Positions 42,204-54,381 of a DNA stretch of 64,000 nt are shown one piece after another. Numbering within the stretch: the stretch's first letter is position 1; each line of letters starts with the position of its first letter. The DNA comes from Tortispora ganteri (taxonomy: Eukaryota). A model generated the notes under the pieces. It saw nothing but the letters and a program-made list of their open reading frames with translations, made no database searches and was not told where the DNA came from. The translations under genes were made by a program, and so were the position numbers. The stretch spans positions 1 through 64,000 of the forward strand of contig PPNB01000001.1 of NCBI GenBank assembly GCA_003707115.1. The letters are read 5' to 3'.

Positions 42204-42670
42204 TATTCAGATAATGTGCAGAGAAAGAGGGCTGAAGAAATAGTTGGTGTATTTCTGAGGGCAGATATCGGAGAGATATAAACAATATAAGTAGATATTT
42301 ATACAATTAGAGATGCAATAGAGATAATTGGCGTGACTATCAGTGCTTAAATACTACCTTTTATTTCCGATATATTGTACAAGAATATTGGTGTGAAGGG
42401 GTAGTAGGTTTGTGTAAGTATTAAGGTTAGCTAACTGTCTTTATATCTGGGAAAGATACCGCAGAAGAAATCTTACTAGACTGTATGATTCGCTCCTTTC
42501 CTTTATTTAGAGGATTATTATCTTTAGTTATATAAAGCTAATTTGAATGTAATAGCTAAACAGCAAAAATGATGGAGGGTAATGTCTTTCCCTTATAGGG
42601 GGAACTAACATATCCTAACCTGCACTATATTGGAGATCGAGCCGCACAAGAAGCATCTTAGATTTCGATT

Positions 42671-43204
42671 ATGATCCCAATAACCAAAATTCCTGTACGC
42701 AAAGGCGTCCTTTTAAGTAAGTGCAATCGATATATTACGATAAATGAATAGCTAACGATTTGATTAGTATTCATAGGCAGTGGAATATTAGTTACTTTGT
42801 TGGGATTTGGTCCATTTGACGTACCATTTGACAAAGCCTTCCATTTTGTAGTATTCTTTATCATGACCACATTGTTCTACTGGGTATTGGATGTGTCGAG
42901 GAAGCGAGCAATTCAATTCACTTTCGTTGCCTGTGTACTACTAGGTGGAGTAGGGTCAGAATTTTTGCAGAGCTTCTCTCCCTATAGGAATTTCGATGCT
43001 CATGATATCCCCTACAATGTCGCTGGATCATCTCTAAGCTTGGTATTATCTGCATGGTACCACCGCCGAATGCTCGACAGGAAACGATATCATCGGCTTC
43101 ACAATACATCCGCAGAGCCAAGTAGTACAGATATTACAGGTATATCAGAGGAATTGCGTGGAAGAGATGTTCCTTTAGAACCTGCCGCTGATTCCAACAA
43201 CTGA
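42671..43204 (+). CDS. VanZ-like small membrane protein (YJR112W-A family); exons 42671-42716 and 42768-43204
   Basis: Exon 1 MIPITKIPVRKGVLL joins in frame to IFIGSGILVTLLGF; DKAFHFVVFF, GSEFLQSF.PYRNFDAHDI..NV.GS. Confidence 0.8.
42717..42767 (+). other. Intron in VanZ-like gene (51 nt)
   Basis: GTAAGT donor, GCTAAC branch, TAG acceptor; keeps the frame. Confidence 0.85.
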
Positions 43205-43385
43205 CCTTGCCGGACCTAATCTCACAATCGACTTCTACGCAAACGATGGCTTCAAGAGGTCTTGTAACATGACAAATATATCGAACAATAATGAAGCAAA
43301 AAAAAAGGAACATATAGTTAATTTCATACATGACAATACAATTATATCTAGCTTTAGCATCGTCGTTTCGTCTTTAAATTCTTCA

Positions 43386-45056
43386 TCACATGGGCATGCC
43401 ACGACCGCGTCCACGAGCCATTCCAGGCATGCCGCCAGGCATGCCCCCAGGAGGAGGACCCTGCTGTTGTGCTTCTTGGCTTTTTACTGTTTCATCAACA
43501 GAAAGGATCAGACATGCAGCATCAGTAGCAGACTGAAGCGCATTTATCTTCACTAGCGCGGGTTCCCAGACATATCGATCAAGGTTATTACCAACAGATT
43601 CAGAATCAAAATCAATACCAGCCCAGGTCTCACCTTTAGAATGCAGCATACGGAGTCTGCTCAGCAAATCTGTCGCATCGAATCCAGCATTATCACATAG
43701 TTGCCTTGGAATTACCTCCAACGCTTTAGCATACGCATTAACAATCATCTGAGGTTTGCCAGCAATTGTGCGAGAATACTCACGTAGATATTTCGATAAT
43801 TCCATTTCGCAAGCACCACCACCAGCGACTATATTAGACTCTCTCATAGTTCGCTTAACAATCATAATAGCGTCATGCAAGGACCTTTCTACTTCAGCAA
43901 TGAATTGCTCGGCCCCGCCACGAAGAATTAGAGTACAAGTTTTAGCTTCAGGGCATCCTTCAAACAGATTATATCTTTCAGCACCAATCTGTTTTTCTTC
44001 AAAGCTTTCGCAGGTTCCCAAGTGTTCAGGTTTTATGTCGGAGCAAGTAGACTGGATGCTCCCGCCAACTGCTTTCACGACCCTGTCCAGATCATCCGAA
44101 GGGATTCGTCCAGCGCAGAATATATTTCTGTCCGCAAAAAATTGAGTTGCAAGATCACCTATGGGCAGCTTAGAAAGAACAATATTAGCACCAGATTTCT
44201 CTATTGCAAGAAGCTTATCATGGATGATTTTCCATTCAGCATCGACAATGGCTTGGTATTCAGTAACCTCGTCGACACGAACTTCAGCATTGTCTTTTTC
44301 AGCTTTGAGTTCTAATTCAACGTTCAAGCAAACAATTTTGGGGTTTTTGAAGCACTTCGGTTGCTGTTCGAATCCGGCGTAGGAGAAAGCCTTCTTGAAA
44401 GCAACACCTTTGACTAATAGGGATTCTTCAATGCCACCGCCAGCGACTTTCTTGATCCCGATCATATTCTCATCAAGATCAGCAGAGTCTAAGCATAGCA
44501 CAGCGTTAACCACCATTTCTGTGAAGAAGTCAGAATTTCTATGGACTAGTTTCGATGACATAGCGGTTGCAGCACATTTTTTTAGAAGGTCTTTGAATTC
44601 TTCTGGGTTGGAGCGATCCAGATGAACGGCAATTTCTTTCACCTTGTTGACAGCCAAGCGACATGCAGTGCGCATGCTTTTCGCAATTACATGAGTAGAT
44701 ATATCTTCTTCAACGAGAGGTTTAGTTTCGCGTAAAAATTCAGCAGCAAGTATTGCCACAGAAGTAGTGCCATCACCAACTTCAGCATCCTGAGCTCGAG
44801 AAATATCAACAAGAATACTCGCAGCAGGATGTACTACATCTAGGAGCTTGAGGATTGTGGCACCGTCATTGGATATGGTTGTTTTTTCGCCATCCACCAT
44901 CAAGATATCAGATCCAAGTGGGCCTAAAGTTGTACGTATGGTATCCTGAATAGCAAGACATGCGTTTATGTTCGATATGATTTGTCCGCGTCCTTGTGAA
45001 GTGTCTGTGCCTTCTTTAAGCACAACAATTGTCGGTGTTTGACCTCCGAAGTTCAT
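43386..45056 (-). CDS. CCT7: Chaperonin CCT/TRiC subunit eta
   Basis: [79 protein letters not shown]. Confidence 0.97.
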   Translation of the reverse strand: MNFGGQTPTIVVLKEGTDTSQGRGQIISNINACLAIQDTIRTTLGPLGSDILMVDGEKTTISNDGATILKLLDVVHPAASILVDISRAQDAEVGDGTTSVAILAAEFLRETKPLVEEDISTHVIAKSMRTACRLAVNKVKEIAVHLDRSNPEEFKDLLKKCAATAMSSKLVHRNSDFFTEMVVNAVLCLDSADLDENMIGIKKVAGGGIEESLLVKGVAFKKAFSYAGFEQQPKCFKNPKIVCLNVELELKAEKDNAEVRVDEVTEYQAIVDAEWKIIHDKLLAIEKSGANIVLSKLPIGDLATQFFADRNIFCAGRIPSDDLDRVVKAVGGSIQSTCSDIKPEHLGTCESFEEKQIGAERYNLFEGCPEAKTCTLILRGGAEQFIAEVERSLHDAIMIVKRTMRESNIVAGGGACEMELSKYLREYSRTIAGKPQMIVNAYAKALEVIPRQLCDNAGFDATDLLSRLRMLHSKGETWAGIDFDSESVGNNLDRYVWEPALVKINALQSATDAACLILSVDETVKSQEAQQQGPPPGGMPGGMPGMARGRGRGMPM

Positions 45057-46301
45057 TTCTTTCTTCTTTTTCTTTCAAAACTTCGTTCTGAAAAGTGTTG
45101 TACTCGAATGTCAACAGAAACCCTAAGAAACACGAGAACGGGGGTATGTGCGGATTAACCTTTCAGTTCGAAGCTATTTGCCTAGCCTCCGAAAAGTAAC
45201 CAGGGCTATGCTGAAACAGTTTATTATATGCAGTCTTGACTGATGGAGTGCCCGTATGTTAGCGAAATGAATCTATTCTCAATTATAAAGAATGTATCTA
45301 TAGAAACTAAATATAAGGAAGCTTGCTTCACCTGAGAACAAGTAGCGCCGTCATTCACCAACCTTACATTCGCAACTAAGCCAACAGCTGCGCTCAGGAA
45401 TACCCTCATTTCAAGAATAACACTTTCAGAGGGGATTTTATACTCTCCGAACTATCAGATTGATAATTCTATGGTACAAAAGGGCCAGCTAATTCCAGTA
45501 CTGGCGCGTCAGTGCTACCACTCTCTGATCAGCCCGGATCTGCGAAGTCCATCAGAAAACCTACCTATTAAAATCCCAGCGATGGAAAAATACAGGAATT
45601 GCTTCAAGAGTTACGACGAGTTACATTTGCTTATTTCCAAGATTGATGAGCGGTCCAGTTGCTTTGCATAGGATACCATGAAATGCCCTGAATGCCCAGA
45701 TTTTTTGCACTTGTAACCCGTTGATTAGAACACGGGAGTCGAAGTAAAGATTTCTGATTTCAAGGCCAGATTAGTTATACTAGCACCGATACAAATAGCT
45801 GCTACGATTTACGACGATTTATCCGCTAAACAATGACATGTTCCACAATTTAATGCAGATATACCGTTAGGTGCAATAGATCTTAAAGGTATGCACGATA
45901 CCCCCTTTATTATTATGGCAGACTGCGAAATACTGAGTGCAGGGGCAATATTTCTGCTATCATCAGCGTGGATCTGTCAAATAATGACACCTCTCACAGG
46001 TCGATGTCGGCACAATGCAGGATGTTGCGGATCTCAAAGCACAGATCTCATTTTTCTTCTTCTTCTCATTTCTGAGATATAATGTAGAACTAAAGGTAGC
46101 TGGCGCATTTATTAAATAAATACTGCGCTAAAATTGGCGTCTTTGGTTTAATATTATTGTTCATCGATCTCCAGAATTAATTACTCAATTTCTACATCTT
46201 GATTTGGGCGCTATTAACGTCACGTATAGCGCATAGAAAGATTGAAAAAAGATAACACAAAACCTTGCATATGTTTTCGTGATTAGCATTCATTTTATCA
46301 T

Positions 46302-46606
46302 CCAATCGTCCATGTCGACGAAGAAATACATCACAAAATATACCTGCATGCATATTAAAGTTTCGCGTGAATGAAACTGACTAATAAAAGACACTCGTTT
46401 AACTAATGCGGATACCGCTCAAAATCAGCCAACCGAGGTAACCAGCTGGAATTTAACATTTCGCTTAATACTGACCAATAATAGACTTGCAAACGAGGGT
46501 CAGGGTTGCGCAAAGTTGAGCCAGGGTTCAGGGGTGGTTCAATTGTGACCAATAATATAGCTTTAATACAGGGATAAGGGTATATCTCGTGTTAATTTTA
46601 GCCAAT
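46302..46606 (+). promoter_or_regulatory. CCAAT-box cluster upstream of the desaturase, including the 12-bp direct repeat TGACCAATAATA (46472, 46546)
   Basis: CCAAT at 46302, 46475, 46549 and 46602, all on the same strand. Confidence 0.45.
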
Positions 46607-46983
46607 AAGGGGCGCTTATGGAGGCGCACGCCAGGTCCTGTACACGGTGTGCGATTTAGCCTTTCAGTTCAGAGGTAGACTAGGTAGTCTCGGAAGAAGC
46701 ACAAATGGCTATTAGTAGAGCTGTAAAGCGTATATACTCTCGGCTTTGTGTACTGTCAGTACATGATCGAAGGGAATTATTTTTATTTACAAGAAATAAG
46801 TATATAGAGATCAGATTGAATACAAAATTAGCTTCACCCAAGGTTAGTAGAATTTTGGATTGGTATAACAACCTGTACTACGATCGTTCACCGCAGGTAA
46901 TTATTGAGATTTAAAGTTGAGGTAACAAATGTAAGGAACTTGCATTTCACGCCATTTTTCGCTTCACTGAACAACGTATAGAA

Positions 46984-48555
46984 ATGACAATACTATCTAG
47001 GACGGATGTCGAACAGCGTATAGCTAATGGTGACTGTATAGTCATATATGAGGACAGAGTTTTGAAGCTGAACAGTTGGATCCTCAAACACCCAGGCGGT
47101 GATAAAGCAATTTATCACATGGTTGGACGAGACGCAACTGATGAGATGAACGCTTACCACTCAAGTCAGACCCGTAAATTGTTCAAATCGTTCACAATTG
47201 GCACTATAGGCTTGCCGTGGAAGAACTTTCTTCCACCCATCCAGGGTGGCGAGTTTCGTGCAAAAGACGGCCGCGTTGTCGGCCTCTACGCAGATCGCAC
47301 AGGCTTACAAGGGAATGTGGGAAAACTCGCTGTTATAGAACCCTCTAGCGTTAAAGATGTGAATACCAGGACCTCTTTGGACGATTTTGAATATAAAATG
47401 CTTGAAGCTGACTTACAGAAATACCCCGCGCTCGATTATGAAACTCAAAATCAAATCAGAGAAAGATATATTGTTCTTGAACAGAATCTCCGGGATCGTG
47501 GGTTCTTCCAGTGCAACTACTGGGCCTACGCCAGAGAATTTACGAGATATACTATATTTGGATTATTGGCATATATCTTTTTACGCAGTCATTGGTACAT
47601 CGCTTCCGCATTCTTTCTCGGAGTCATGTGGCATCAGCTCACTTTTTTCGTACATGATGCTGGTCATCTTGCCATCACTCACAACTATTACATAGACAAT
47701 ATTGCTGCTGTTATAATAGCCGATTTTATGGGTGGGCTTAGTGCCGGATGGTGGAAAAGGAACCACAATGTCCATCATTTGGTTACAAATGACCCTATTC
47801 ATGATCCCGATATTCAGCACTTGCCTTTCTTCGCAGTAAGCACTCGTCTATTTCATAACGTTTTCTCGTCCTTTTATGAAAAGCTCCTTGTGTTTGACCC
47901 ATTTGCAAGGGTATTGCTAAAGGTACAAAGATATACTTATTACTTCATCCTCTCGTTTGGCAGGTTTAACCTCTATCGCTTATCATGGGAATACCTTATC
48001 CTAGGTCTGGGGCCACGACGCGGAAAAGCAGCATTCATACGATACCTAGAGATAATTGGTATGCTGTTTTTCACATACTGGTTCTTCTACCTGCTAGTTG
48101 GCAAGACTCTTCCTGACAACAAGACACGATTTATATATATCATGGTCTCTCATATCACTACTATGCCTGTTCATGTGCAAATAGTTCTTTCGCATTTCGC
48201 TATGTCTACTTCCGATCTTGGTGTCGACGAAAGCTTTCCTCAGAAGCAGCTGCGCACGACTATGGACGTAGATTGTCCAGTCTGGCTAGATTTTTTCCAT
48301 GGAGGCCTTCAGTTTCAGGCCATTCATCATCTTTTCCCAAGGATGCCTAGACACAACTTCCGCTCTGCCCAAAAACTAGTGAAACAATTTTGCGAAGACA
48401 CTGGAATAGAGTACTCTATATACACATTCACCAAAGGTAACCAAAAGGTTTTGTCACATTTGCAAGACATTGCGAACCAGGCTCGAGTTTTGCTAGAATG
48501 CTCAAAGCATTACGAAGAAGAAGCAGAGTCCGGTAAATTTCACAGCATGATATAA
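46984..48555 (+). CDS. SLD1: Delta-8 sphingolipid desaturase (cytochrome b5 fusion)
   Basis: HPGG cytochrome b5 motif, His boxes HDAGH, HNVHH, QAIHHLFP; HDPDIQHLPFFAVS. Confidence 0.93.
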   Translation: MTILSRTDVEQRIANGDCIVIYEDRVLKLNSWILKHPGGDKAIYHMVGRDATDEMNAYHSSQTRKLFKSFTIGTIGLPWKNFLPPIQGGEFRAKDGRVVGLYADRTGLQGNVGKLAVIEPSSVKDVNTRTSLDDFEYKMLEADLQKYPALDYETQNQIRERYIVLEQNLRDRGFFQCNYWAYAREFTRYTIFGLLAYIFLRSHWYIASAFFLGVMWHQLTFFVHDAGHLAITHNYYIDNIAAVIIADFMGGLSAGWWKRNHNVHHLVTNDPIHDPDIQHLPFFAVSTRLFHNVFSSFYEKLLVFDPFARVLLKVQRYTYYFILSFGRFNLYRLSWEYLILGLGPRRGKAAFIRYLEIIGMLFFTYWFFYLLVGKTLPDNKTRFIYIMVSHITTMPVHVQIVLSHFAMSTSDLGVDESFPQKQLRTTMDVDCPVWLDFFHGGLQFQAIHHLFPRMPRHNFRSAQKLVKQFCEDTGIEYSIYTFTKGNQKVLSHLQDIANQARVLLECSKHYEEEAESGKFHSMI

Positions 48556-48667
48556 AATAACTGCACATACTCAATAGAGCATTTGAATTTTTCATTTTTG
48601 GCATTGTATAACAAACGCTTCTTAAAAATAATAGCACTAGTTTAACCTATTTGAACAGTGAACGAGC

Positions 48668-49945
48668 TTAGTTTCCTTCTGAGCCAAATTCTGCAGTGAA
48701 CTCCTCATGTCTAGCAATATCATCAGCATTAACAGTAGGTCGAGTATTCTTGACGGCTTTATAGAAATCTTTAAAGATTAACGGAGGCTCCTCGAGCTCA
48801 CCAGGGGCGATATCCATCCAGTTCTTTTCAATCGCACCTTTATCACCGGGCGAACATGGCGTCAGTTTCATTTGACCATCCACACTAACAGGTTTAAAAT
48901 GTGTGGCCATCTGAATTTGCCTAATAGGCATCATAAGAGCTTCGCGAACAGCGACTGCAACATCGTGACCAGAGTATCCTTCTGTCATTTCGGCAAGTTT
49001 GTGGTAATCTGCAGGGGTAAGTGTACAAGGAGTTGTACCGACATTCAATTCGAACATTTTCATTCTAGCCATAGCGTCGGGGAGAGATATATATATCCGT
49101 CGTTCGAACCGACGTCTGACGGCCGAATCAAGCTGCCAAGGGATATTAGTAGCACCCAGTACCAAGACTCCAGAAGAATCATTACCAACACCATTCATTT
49201 GGACAAGGAGTTCGGTTTTTATACGTCTAGAAGCTTCGGACTCATTCTCCCCACGAGGGCCACACAAAGCGTCTACTTCGTCGATAAAGATAACAGAAGG
49301 TTTGTTTTCTCTGGCCATCGCGAACAGCTGCTTCACTAACCGCTCAGATTCACCCATCCATTTCGAGACAAGATCAGATGAGGAAACTGAAAAAAAGGTG
49401 GAATTTGACTCCGTCGCTACGGCCTTAGCTAGATACGATTTACCAGTACCAGGAGGGCCATAGAGAAGTATACCAGACCAGGGCTTTCTTTTACCCGTGA
49501 ACAAATGCGGAAATCTTATAGGGAGGATAACACTCTCTTTGAGAGCCTCTTTGGCAGCGTCTAGGCCGGCAATATCTTCCCATCGTACATTTGGTTTTTC
49601 TGACAAGATGGCACTGGCCAGCGCCCCGCGGAGCTTCTTGTTATCATCATCCTCTTTCTTATCTGAGTCAGTTTTTCCATTAGCCCCTATCGCCTTCTTC
49701 GTTTCAGCTGTGGATTTCTTATCAAGATGTTCTTTTAGTTTCTCGGCACGATCCATGTATTCGATAGTGCGGGTCCTGATCATTTCTTTACTCTTGGGGT
49801 TTGTCTCGTATTTGAGCGCCATGAGAAAGTACTCTAGGGCGTTAGAGTAGAGCTTGTACGCCTCATCGTACGATTGATTGGTGTCAGCCTCTATAGCCTT
49901 TGATACAATAGCTATCGCTTTTTCTAAAAAATCTACCTTCGCCAT
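48668..49945 (-). CDS. VPS4: AAA ATPase Vps4 (ESCRT-III disassembly)
   Basis: MIT domain, [43 protein letters not shown]. Confidence 0.97.
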   Translation of the reverse strand: MAKVDFLEKAIAIVSKAIEADTNQSYDEAYKLYSNALEYFLMALKYETNPKSKEMIRTRTIEYMDRAEKLKEHLDKKSTAETKKAIGANGKTDSDKKEDDDNKKLRGALASAILSEKPNVRWEDIAGLDAAKEALKESVILPIRFPHLFTGKRKPWSGILLYGPPGTGKSYLAKAVATESNSTFFSVSSSDLVSKWMGESERLVKQLFAMARENKPSVIFIDEVDALCGPRGENESEASRRIKTELLVQMNGVGNDSSGVLVLGATNIPWQLDSAVRRRFERRIYISLPDAMARMKMFELNVGTTPCTLTPADYHKLAEMTEGYSGHDVAVAVREALMMPIRQIQMATHFKPVSVDGQMKLTPCSPGDKGAIEKNWMDIAPGELEEPPLIFKDFYKAVKNTRPTVNADDIARHEEFTAEFGSEGN

Positions 49946-50142
49946 TATTTAAAATGAACTACAAGGCCGAGGCAAGATAACCCACGATTAGTGAAGTCTA
50001 CGGCAAATGGACAGTTGATTGTTTGGGAGGAGGCGATGGGGTTTAGCGTCGGTAAGGGCAAACAAATACTCATATTGCTATTATTCCGGATAATTAATTT
50101 CACTGGATAATTTTATTCTGTACATAATCAAATATTTTCACT

Positions 50143-51684
50143 TTAGATAGCGGCAACAATGCAGGCACCGAAAAACGCGGCAATGATGCAGGATGCGTAG
50201 TTTCCAGCCACAGTGAGGCTAATAGCGGAAGCAGCAGAGCTCTTACTGTTGGAAGAAGAAGAGCTGGATGAGCTAGAAGCAGTTCCAGTGGCAGGACTCT
50301 TGGCACTGAAGCTACAGCTAGAACTGGGAGTAACAATGGTAGCACTTCCACTGAAGTCACAAGCGCTGCTAGCACTGTTTTGCTCCTCATAGTACTCGTT
50401 AAGAAGGTACGAGAGTTGCTCATCGGGGTCGCACATAGATAGCTCACCATACTCCCCAGAGGTACCGTTGGCGCTGATCTCACTGCAATCGAGAACACCA
50501 CAAAGGTATCCAAATAAATCACTATAGGACTCTGTGTCTACATCAGGAGCGAGCACACAGCTGTAGGAAGCGTCCAAGCAAACACAGATTTCCTCGTCAG
50601 GAGTAGGAGGAAGGGCCGTTGCAGCTTGCCAGTTGCTATCAGTGGCAGGGCAAGGGACTCCACCGGTGGAACTAGGAGTATAAGCGCTCATGCTAATGCT
50701 CGTGGGAGAAATGCTATGCAACTCTTCCGAAAGGTAAGAGTAGTCAGCGAGAGTAGATACAGAATCACCATCAACTGTAACCAGACCGTAGTCGTTAACC
50801 TCCTGGAAGTACATATAAACAATTCCTCCTGACCAAACGTCAGTCATATCAGGGCCATAAAGTGCCTGAACTTCAGTGAACTTCCTGGGACTAACCTCGT
50901 TGCATCCATACTCAGAAAAGAAGACGGGAACGGTGTATTTGGAGAACTCTTCAGTTCGGTCGGCATAACCCGAAGTCTGGAAAGTAGAATCACCACACCA
51001 TTCGTACATGTTGATACCATAAAAGTCTACTCTTTCATCGTCAGAGCCGCAATTGAAGTAATCAGCAATGGCAATACGAGTGTCAGAGTCATCGTTCGAC
51101 GAGTAACCGACAGGAATCGATCTGTAGCCCATTTCCTTGATGTAGGATTTCATATCACGGACAGCAGCCTTAACGAACGGAGAAGCATCTGTATTGGTAT
51201 TGTTGTTGGTCACTTCATTACCGGCAAAAAAACCCAAAACGTTAGAATAGTTCTGCAGAGCATCGATGACAGATGTGTAACGATTGTACAGCTCGACATC
51301 CCATGCGGGGTTGTCACGATTAATGGAGAGAGAAGGCTCGGATAAGTCAGAGATGACGTAAATACCGGCATCATTCAACATAGACATGCAAAAAGAGTGA
51401 TCCAAGCTAGTATTGATGGCATAAACACGAATAGTGTTGATTCCGAGAGCCTGAAGGTAAGGGATATCACGTTGGCAGCCAGCGGTGTCAGCAAGAGGGT
51501 CAACAAAAGTGTCAGTATTAGTATCGTTGGTAACGTCTGATTGGTAGGCAACACCTACAATATAAAACTGCGAGCCATTGTTAGAGTAAAAAAACTTGTT
51601 ACCCTTAATCTCGATCGCAGGGATTTCAGCGCGAATGAGAGAAGCGAGAGACAAGAAGAAAGCGACAGCTACAAATCCCCACAT
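50143..51684 (-). CDS. GAS1: GPI-anchored beta-1,3-glucanosyltransferase, GH72 with X8/CBM43 Cys-box (Gas1/Phr type)
   Basis: Signal peptide, [41 protein letters not shown], Cys-box, Ser-rich stalk, hydrophobic GPI signal. Confidence 0.93.
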   Translation of the reverse strand: MWGFVAVAFFLSLASLIRAEIPAIEIKGNKFFYSNNGSQFYIVGVAYQSDVTNDTNTDTFVDPLADTAGCQRDIPYLQALGINTIRVYAINTSLDHSFCMSMLNDAGIYVISDLSEPSLSINRDNPAWDVELYNRYTSVIDALQNYSNVLGFFAGNEVTNNNTNTDASPFVKAAVRDMKSYIKEMGYRSIPVGYSSNDDSDTRIAIADYFNCGSDDERVDFYGINMYEWCGDSTFQTSGYADRTEEFSKYTVPVFFSEYGCNEVSPRKFTEVQALYGPDMTDVWSGGIVYMYFQEVNDYGLVTVDGDSVSTLADYSYLSEELHSISPTSISMSAYTPSSTGGVPCPATDSNWQAATALPPTPDEEICVCLDASYSCVLAPDVDTESYSDLFGYLCGVLDCSEISANGTSGEYGELSMCDPDEQLSYLLNEYYEEQNSASSACDFSGSATIVTPSSSCSFSAKSPATGTASSSSSSSSSNSKSSAASAISLTVAGNYASCIIAAFFGACIVAAI

Positions 51685-52698
51685 TTCAATATAATATTTC
51701 GGTAGGTTTTGATATAGGCGCAGTTAAGTTAAATTGGCAACAGTTCAACACAGTAAAGCAATCCCAAATGTTCTATGACGAGGAAGAGAGAGAAAGAGAG
51801 AGAAAGCGCGTATGTGTATGTTTGTGTAAGTTACGTTTAGAAAGAGCGACCTGAAGAGATTTCCGATTCCGTAGCGAACTAAAATTGACAGAATTGGAAA
51901 ATAAATATCAAATTCTGTCTATTCTATAAGAATCAATAATCGTCTTCTTAAAAAAATAGAGAAAATGTTTTGATAATAGAGTACTTTCTAAACAAAAACC
52001 TCTGATAAAAACAAGGGGTATATTTATTTATATTATTGTCGGAAGGTAAAGTTAGCGCCCGGAGGAGCGAAATGGCTAGTTGCTGCCTTCTTTGACATTA
52101 ATTGGATAATAATTGGCCTTTTTCTCAACCTCGAAAGTGTCACCGAACTTTAACCTAAAAATACCATATCTGCATATGGCTTGACTGTTTTCGAGGGCTT
52201 TGAAGTAACACCGCGCTTCGAAGAATCACGCATTAGCTGTTACGTCGATAACGCTGTAGAAACATTTTGGTCTATTGTCTATATTGAGAGACTATTAACC
52301 TACAGATTCTTGTGATCCTATATGTGATCGGATTACGAGTTTGCCGATCTAAATCTGGATTGTGGCTTAGTATATTCGGTGCTGTCGTTTTAAGCTTTAC
52401 GCGTTGAAGTTAATAGTGACTAGAAGACCTTGTGTGATCGAACAATCGGCCTTCGAAGCAATATTAAAACGGGTGGCGGAAGAATGCAAGAGGAGGGCAA
52501 ATTGTTAATTAGATACCTCTAATAACGAGAGCATCATTAAAACAGGCTGAGCGAGCTTATGCAGGGTTCCCGCATAGATTGTGCCGCGCGGCAATGAAAC
52601 CCATTCTTATTAGCGTCAGCTAGTGTCTTCGAATTCGGGCTTATTCATACTGCGCCATGAGCTATTTTCCTGCATAATTATGAAACAGGTATTTATAC

Positions 52699-52744
52699 GA
52701 CAGATAGTATAATAGGGACAGATAGTATAATAGGGCCAGATAGG
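52699..52744. repeat. Tandem repeat GACAGATAGTATAATAGG x2 plus a partial third copy
   Basis: Two exact 18-bp units at 52699 and 52717, then GCCAGATAGG. Confidence 0.85.
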
Positions 52745-52914
52745 AGAGTGTTGTTTCAGCCTCCGATCGATCCAGCGTCCCTTCTACTGACGTCGTTGCG
52801 TCTCGAGGGGTAGAACGAGAAACCGTTACTGATTCTATTTTTAGCAACAAACAACTTTATTTTATTAACCCTTTCGAATTAAACAGTATTTTGCCGCGAA
52901 GTGCAACAAGTTTC

Positions 52915-52930
52915 GGCAGAAATTTCTGCC
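52915..52930. repeat. Perfect 16-bp palindrome GGCAGAAATTTCTGCC
   Basis: Sequence equals its own reverse complement. Confidence 0.9.
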
Positions 52931-53742
52931 TGACCCACATTTCGTTTTGATCATAACCGTGTCAAGCATGTCACTATGAGAGTGCTCAAATTACAACATT
53001 ATACCTGTTGATTAACTGATTATTCGCGATCGATATGCTGCTGATATATTTAAATTCATGGCTTTCTGTTCAAAATAATAAAAGCGTGACATAATAAAGT
53101 TTTCGGTCAAGATTTTTTCAACCTTGCTAATTATTGGAGACTCCTTAACTGCTGCAGGTACTTCTCGTTACTGTACATGAAAGCTACCCTAATGTACGTG
53201 CAGTGTATTAGCGATTCTGCAAGATAGATTATGGGATTGCTAATTAGGCACGCTTCGTGAAAGCTTCGCACTTTTTGTTCGACGCTGCACCTCCTTTTCG
53301 CAATGGAATTCAACGTTCCGGATCTTCTCATATCTGCATAGCAGTACACCAATCATAACCTAGACAATCAGTTTAAGGTTTTTATAAGCCCCTTTTCGCT
53401 AGTTTCATTGGCTGGACTCCGCTCTCATTAACCCTGGAAAAAAAGACTGGACTTGCGCCTACCCCTAATTCCTCACTTTCAGCCTATGAGAATAGGCCAA
53501 CACCCTTAACCACGATAACTCTTTTTCCTGTATGTCTTTGTATTCTAATCTCCTCTCTTTACCTTTCATCGTGCATCGCCAGGTAAAGTGCAGAATCTTT
53601 TTAATCGATTTACAAGTTCTTTACCGGTTCATCTTTCTCTTTCACTCTTTCATTTAAAAGCAATCTTCTGGTCTTGAGCTTCTATCTCTTTCTTTCTTTA
53701 CCAAATTCTTGCTCTCTCCCCTGGTAACTTACTTTCCTAAGG

Positions 53743-53892
53743 GTACGTATATTGCCGTGCATTTTTTCCCATTATACACGCCTTCAAATACTTCTCTTCG
53801 AGATCAAAGACCCCGAGGTTGTTTTGGCGTGCTTAAGAATCTGTGCAGCGTCTTCTATACATATACAATTACTAACCCATTTTATTTTTTAG
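53743..53892 (+). other. Predicted FKS1 5'UTR intron 1 (150 nt)
   Basis: GTACGT donor, TACTAAC 53870-53876, T-rich tract, TAG acceptor ending 53892. Confidence 0.65.
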
Positions 53893-53939
53893 AATTCTAC
53901 CGCTTAGTTCGTTTCCAATCTCTCCTTTTTGCCCGTAAG

Positions 53940-54374
53940 GTAAGTAAATTATCCCCTGCGTTGTTGACGGTAAGAGATATCCCCTCCTTTAATTGAAATG
54001 GAAAGCATTAAACTGAATTCTAAGCTTTAACGTCTTTTACTTCTTTATAACTTATTGCGCGAATACCACTCCATTATTATATGCGATCGATTTGACCTAG
54101 TAGCGGCATATTCCCGTGATTTTGATGGTCTTTGCCTGATCGTTTTCCTTCCCGCACTTCAAGGACCCTGACATTACTACATTGGTAGTTGTACCGTCCG
54201 AAAAGGAAAAAAAAACGCGCTCGAACCCTTTTTTGGCGCGCTCTGATTTTCTATACAACCATTTTCGTGCCTCTCAATAAAGGAGACGCTATTTAGCTTA
54301 CTTTTACTTTCTTTTCGTCAACGCCTCCTTTATCGTTTTTTTTTTTCGATTTCGGCCAACTAACTTCTTTTCAG
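53940..54374 (+). other. Predicted FKS1 5'UTR intron 2 (435 nt)
   Basis: GTAAGT donor, AACTAAC 54358-54364, TTCTTTTCAG acceptor 7 nt before the ATG. Confidence 0.75.
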
Positions 54375-54381
54375 TTCCATC

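Noticed and set aside
43386..43470. GGM/RG-rich tail of Cct7 resembling the GroEL tail
   Set aside because: Gly/Met/Arg-rich tails are ordinary for CCT7 orthologs
45224..46082. Small ORFs in the CCT7-SLD1 gap as a gene or pseudogene
   Set aside because: Only 61-66 aa, no motifs, no consistent frame or splice pattern found
54116..54171. Box C/D snoRNA in FKS1 intron 2 (two CTGA motifs)
   Set aside because: No good RTGATGA C box, terminal stem or convincing rRNA antisense element
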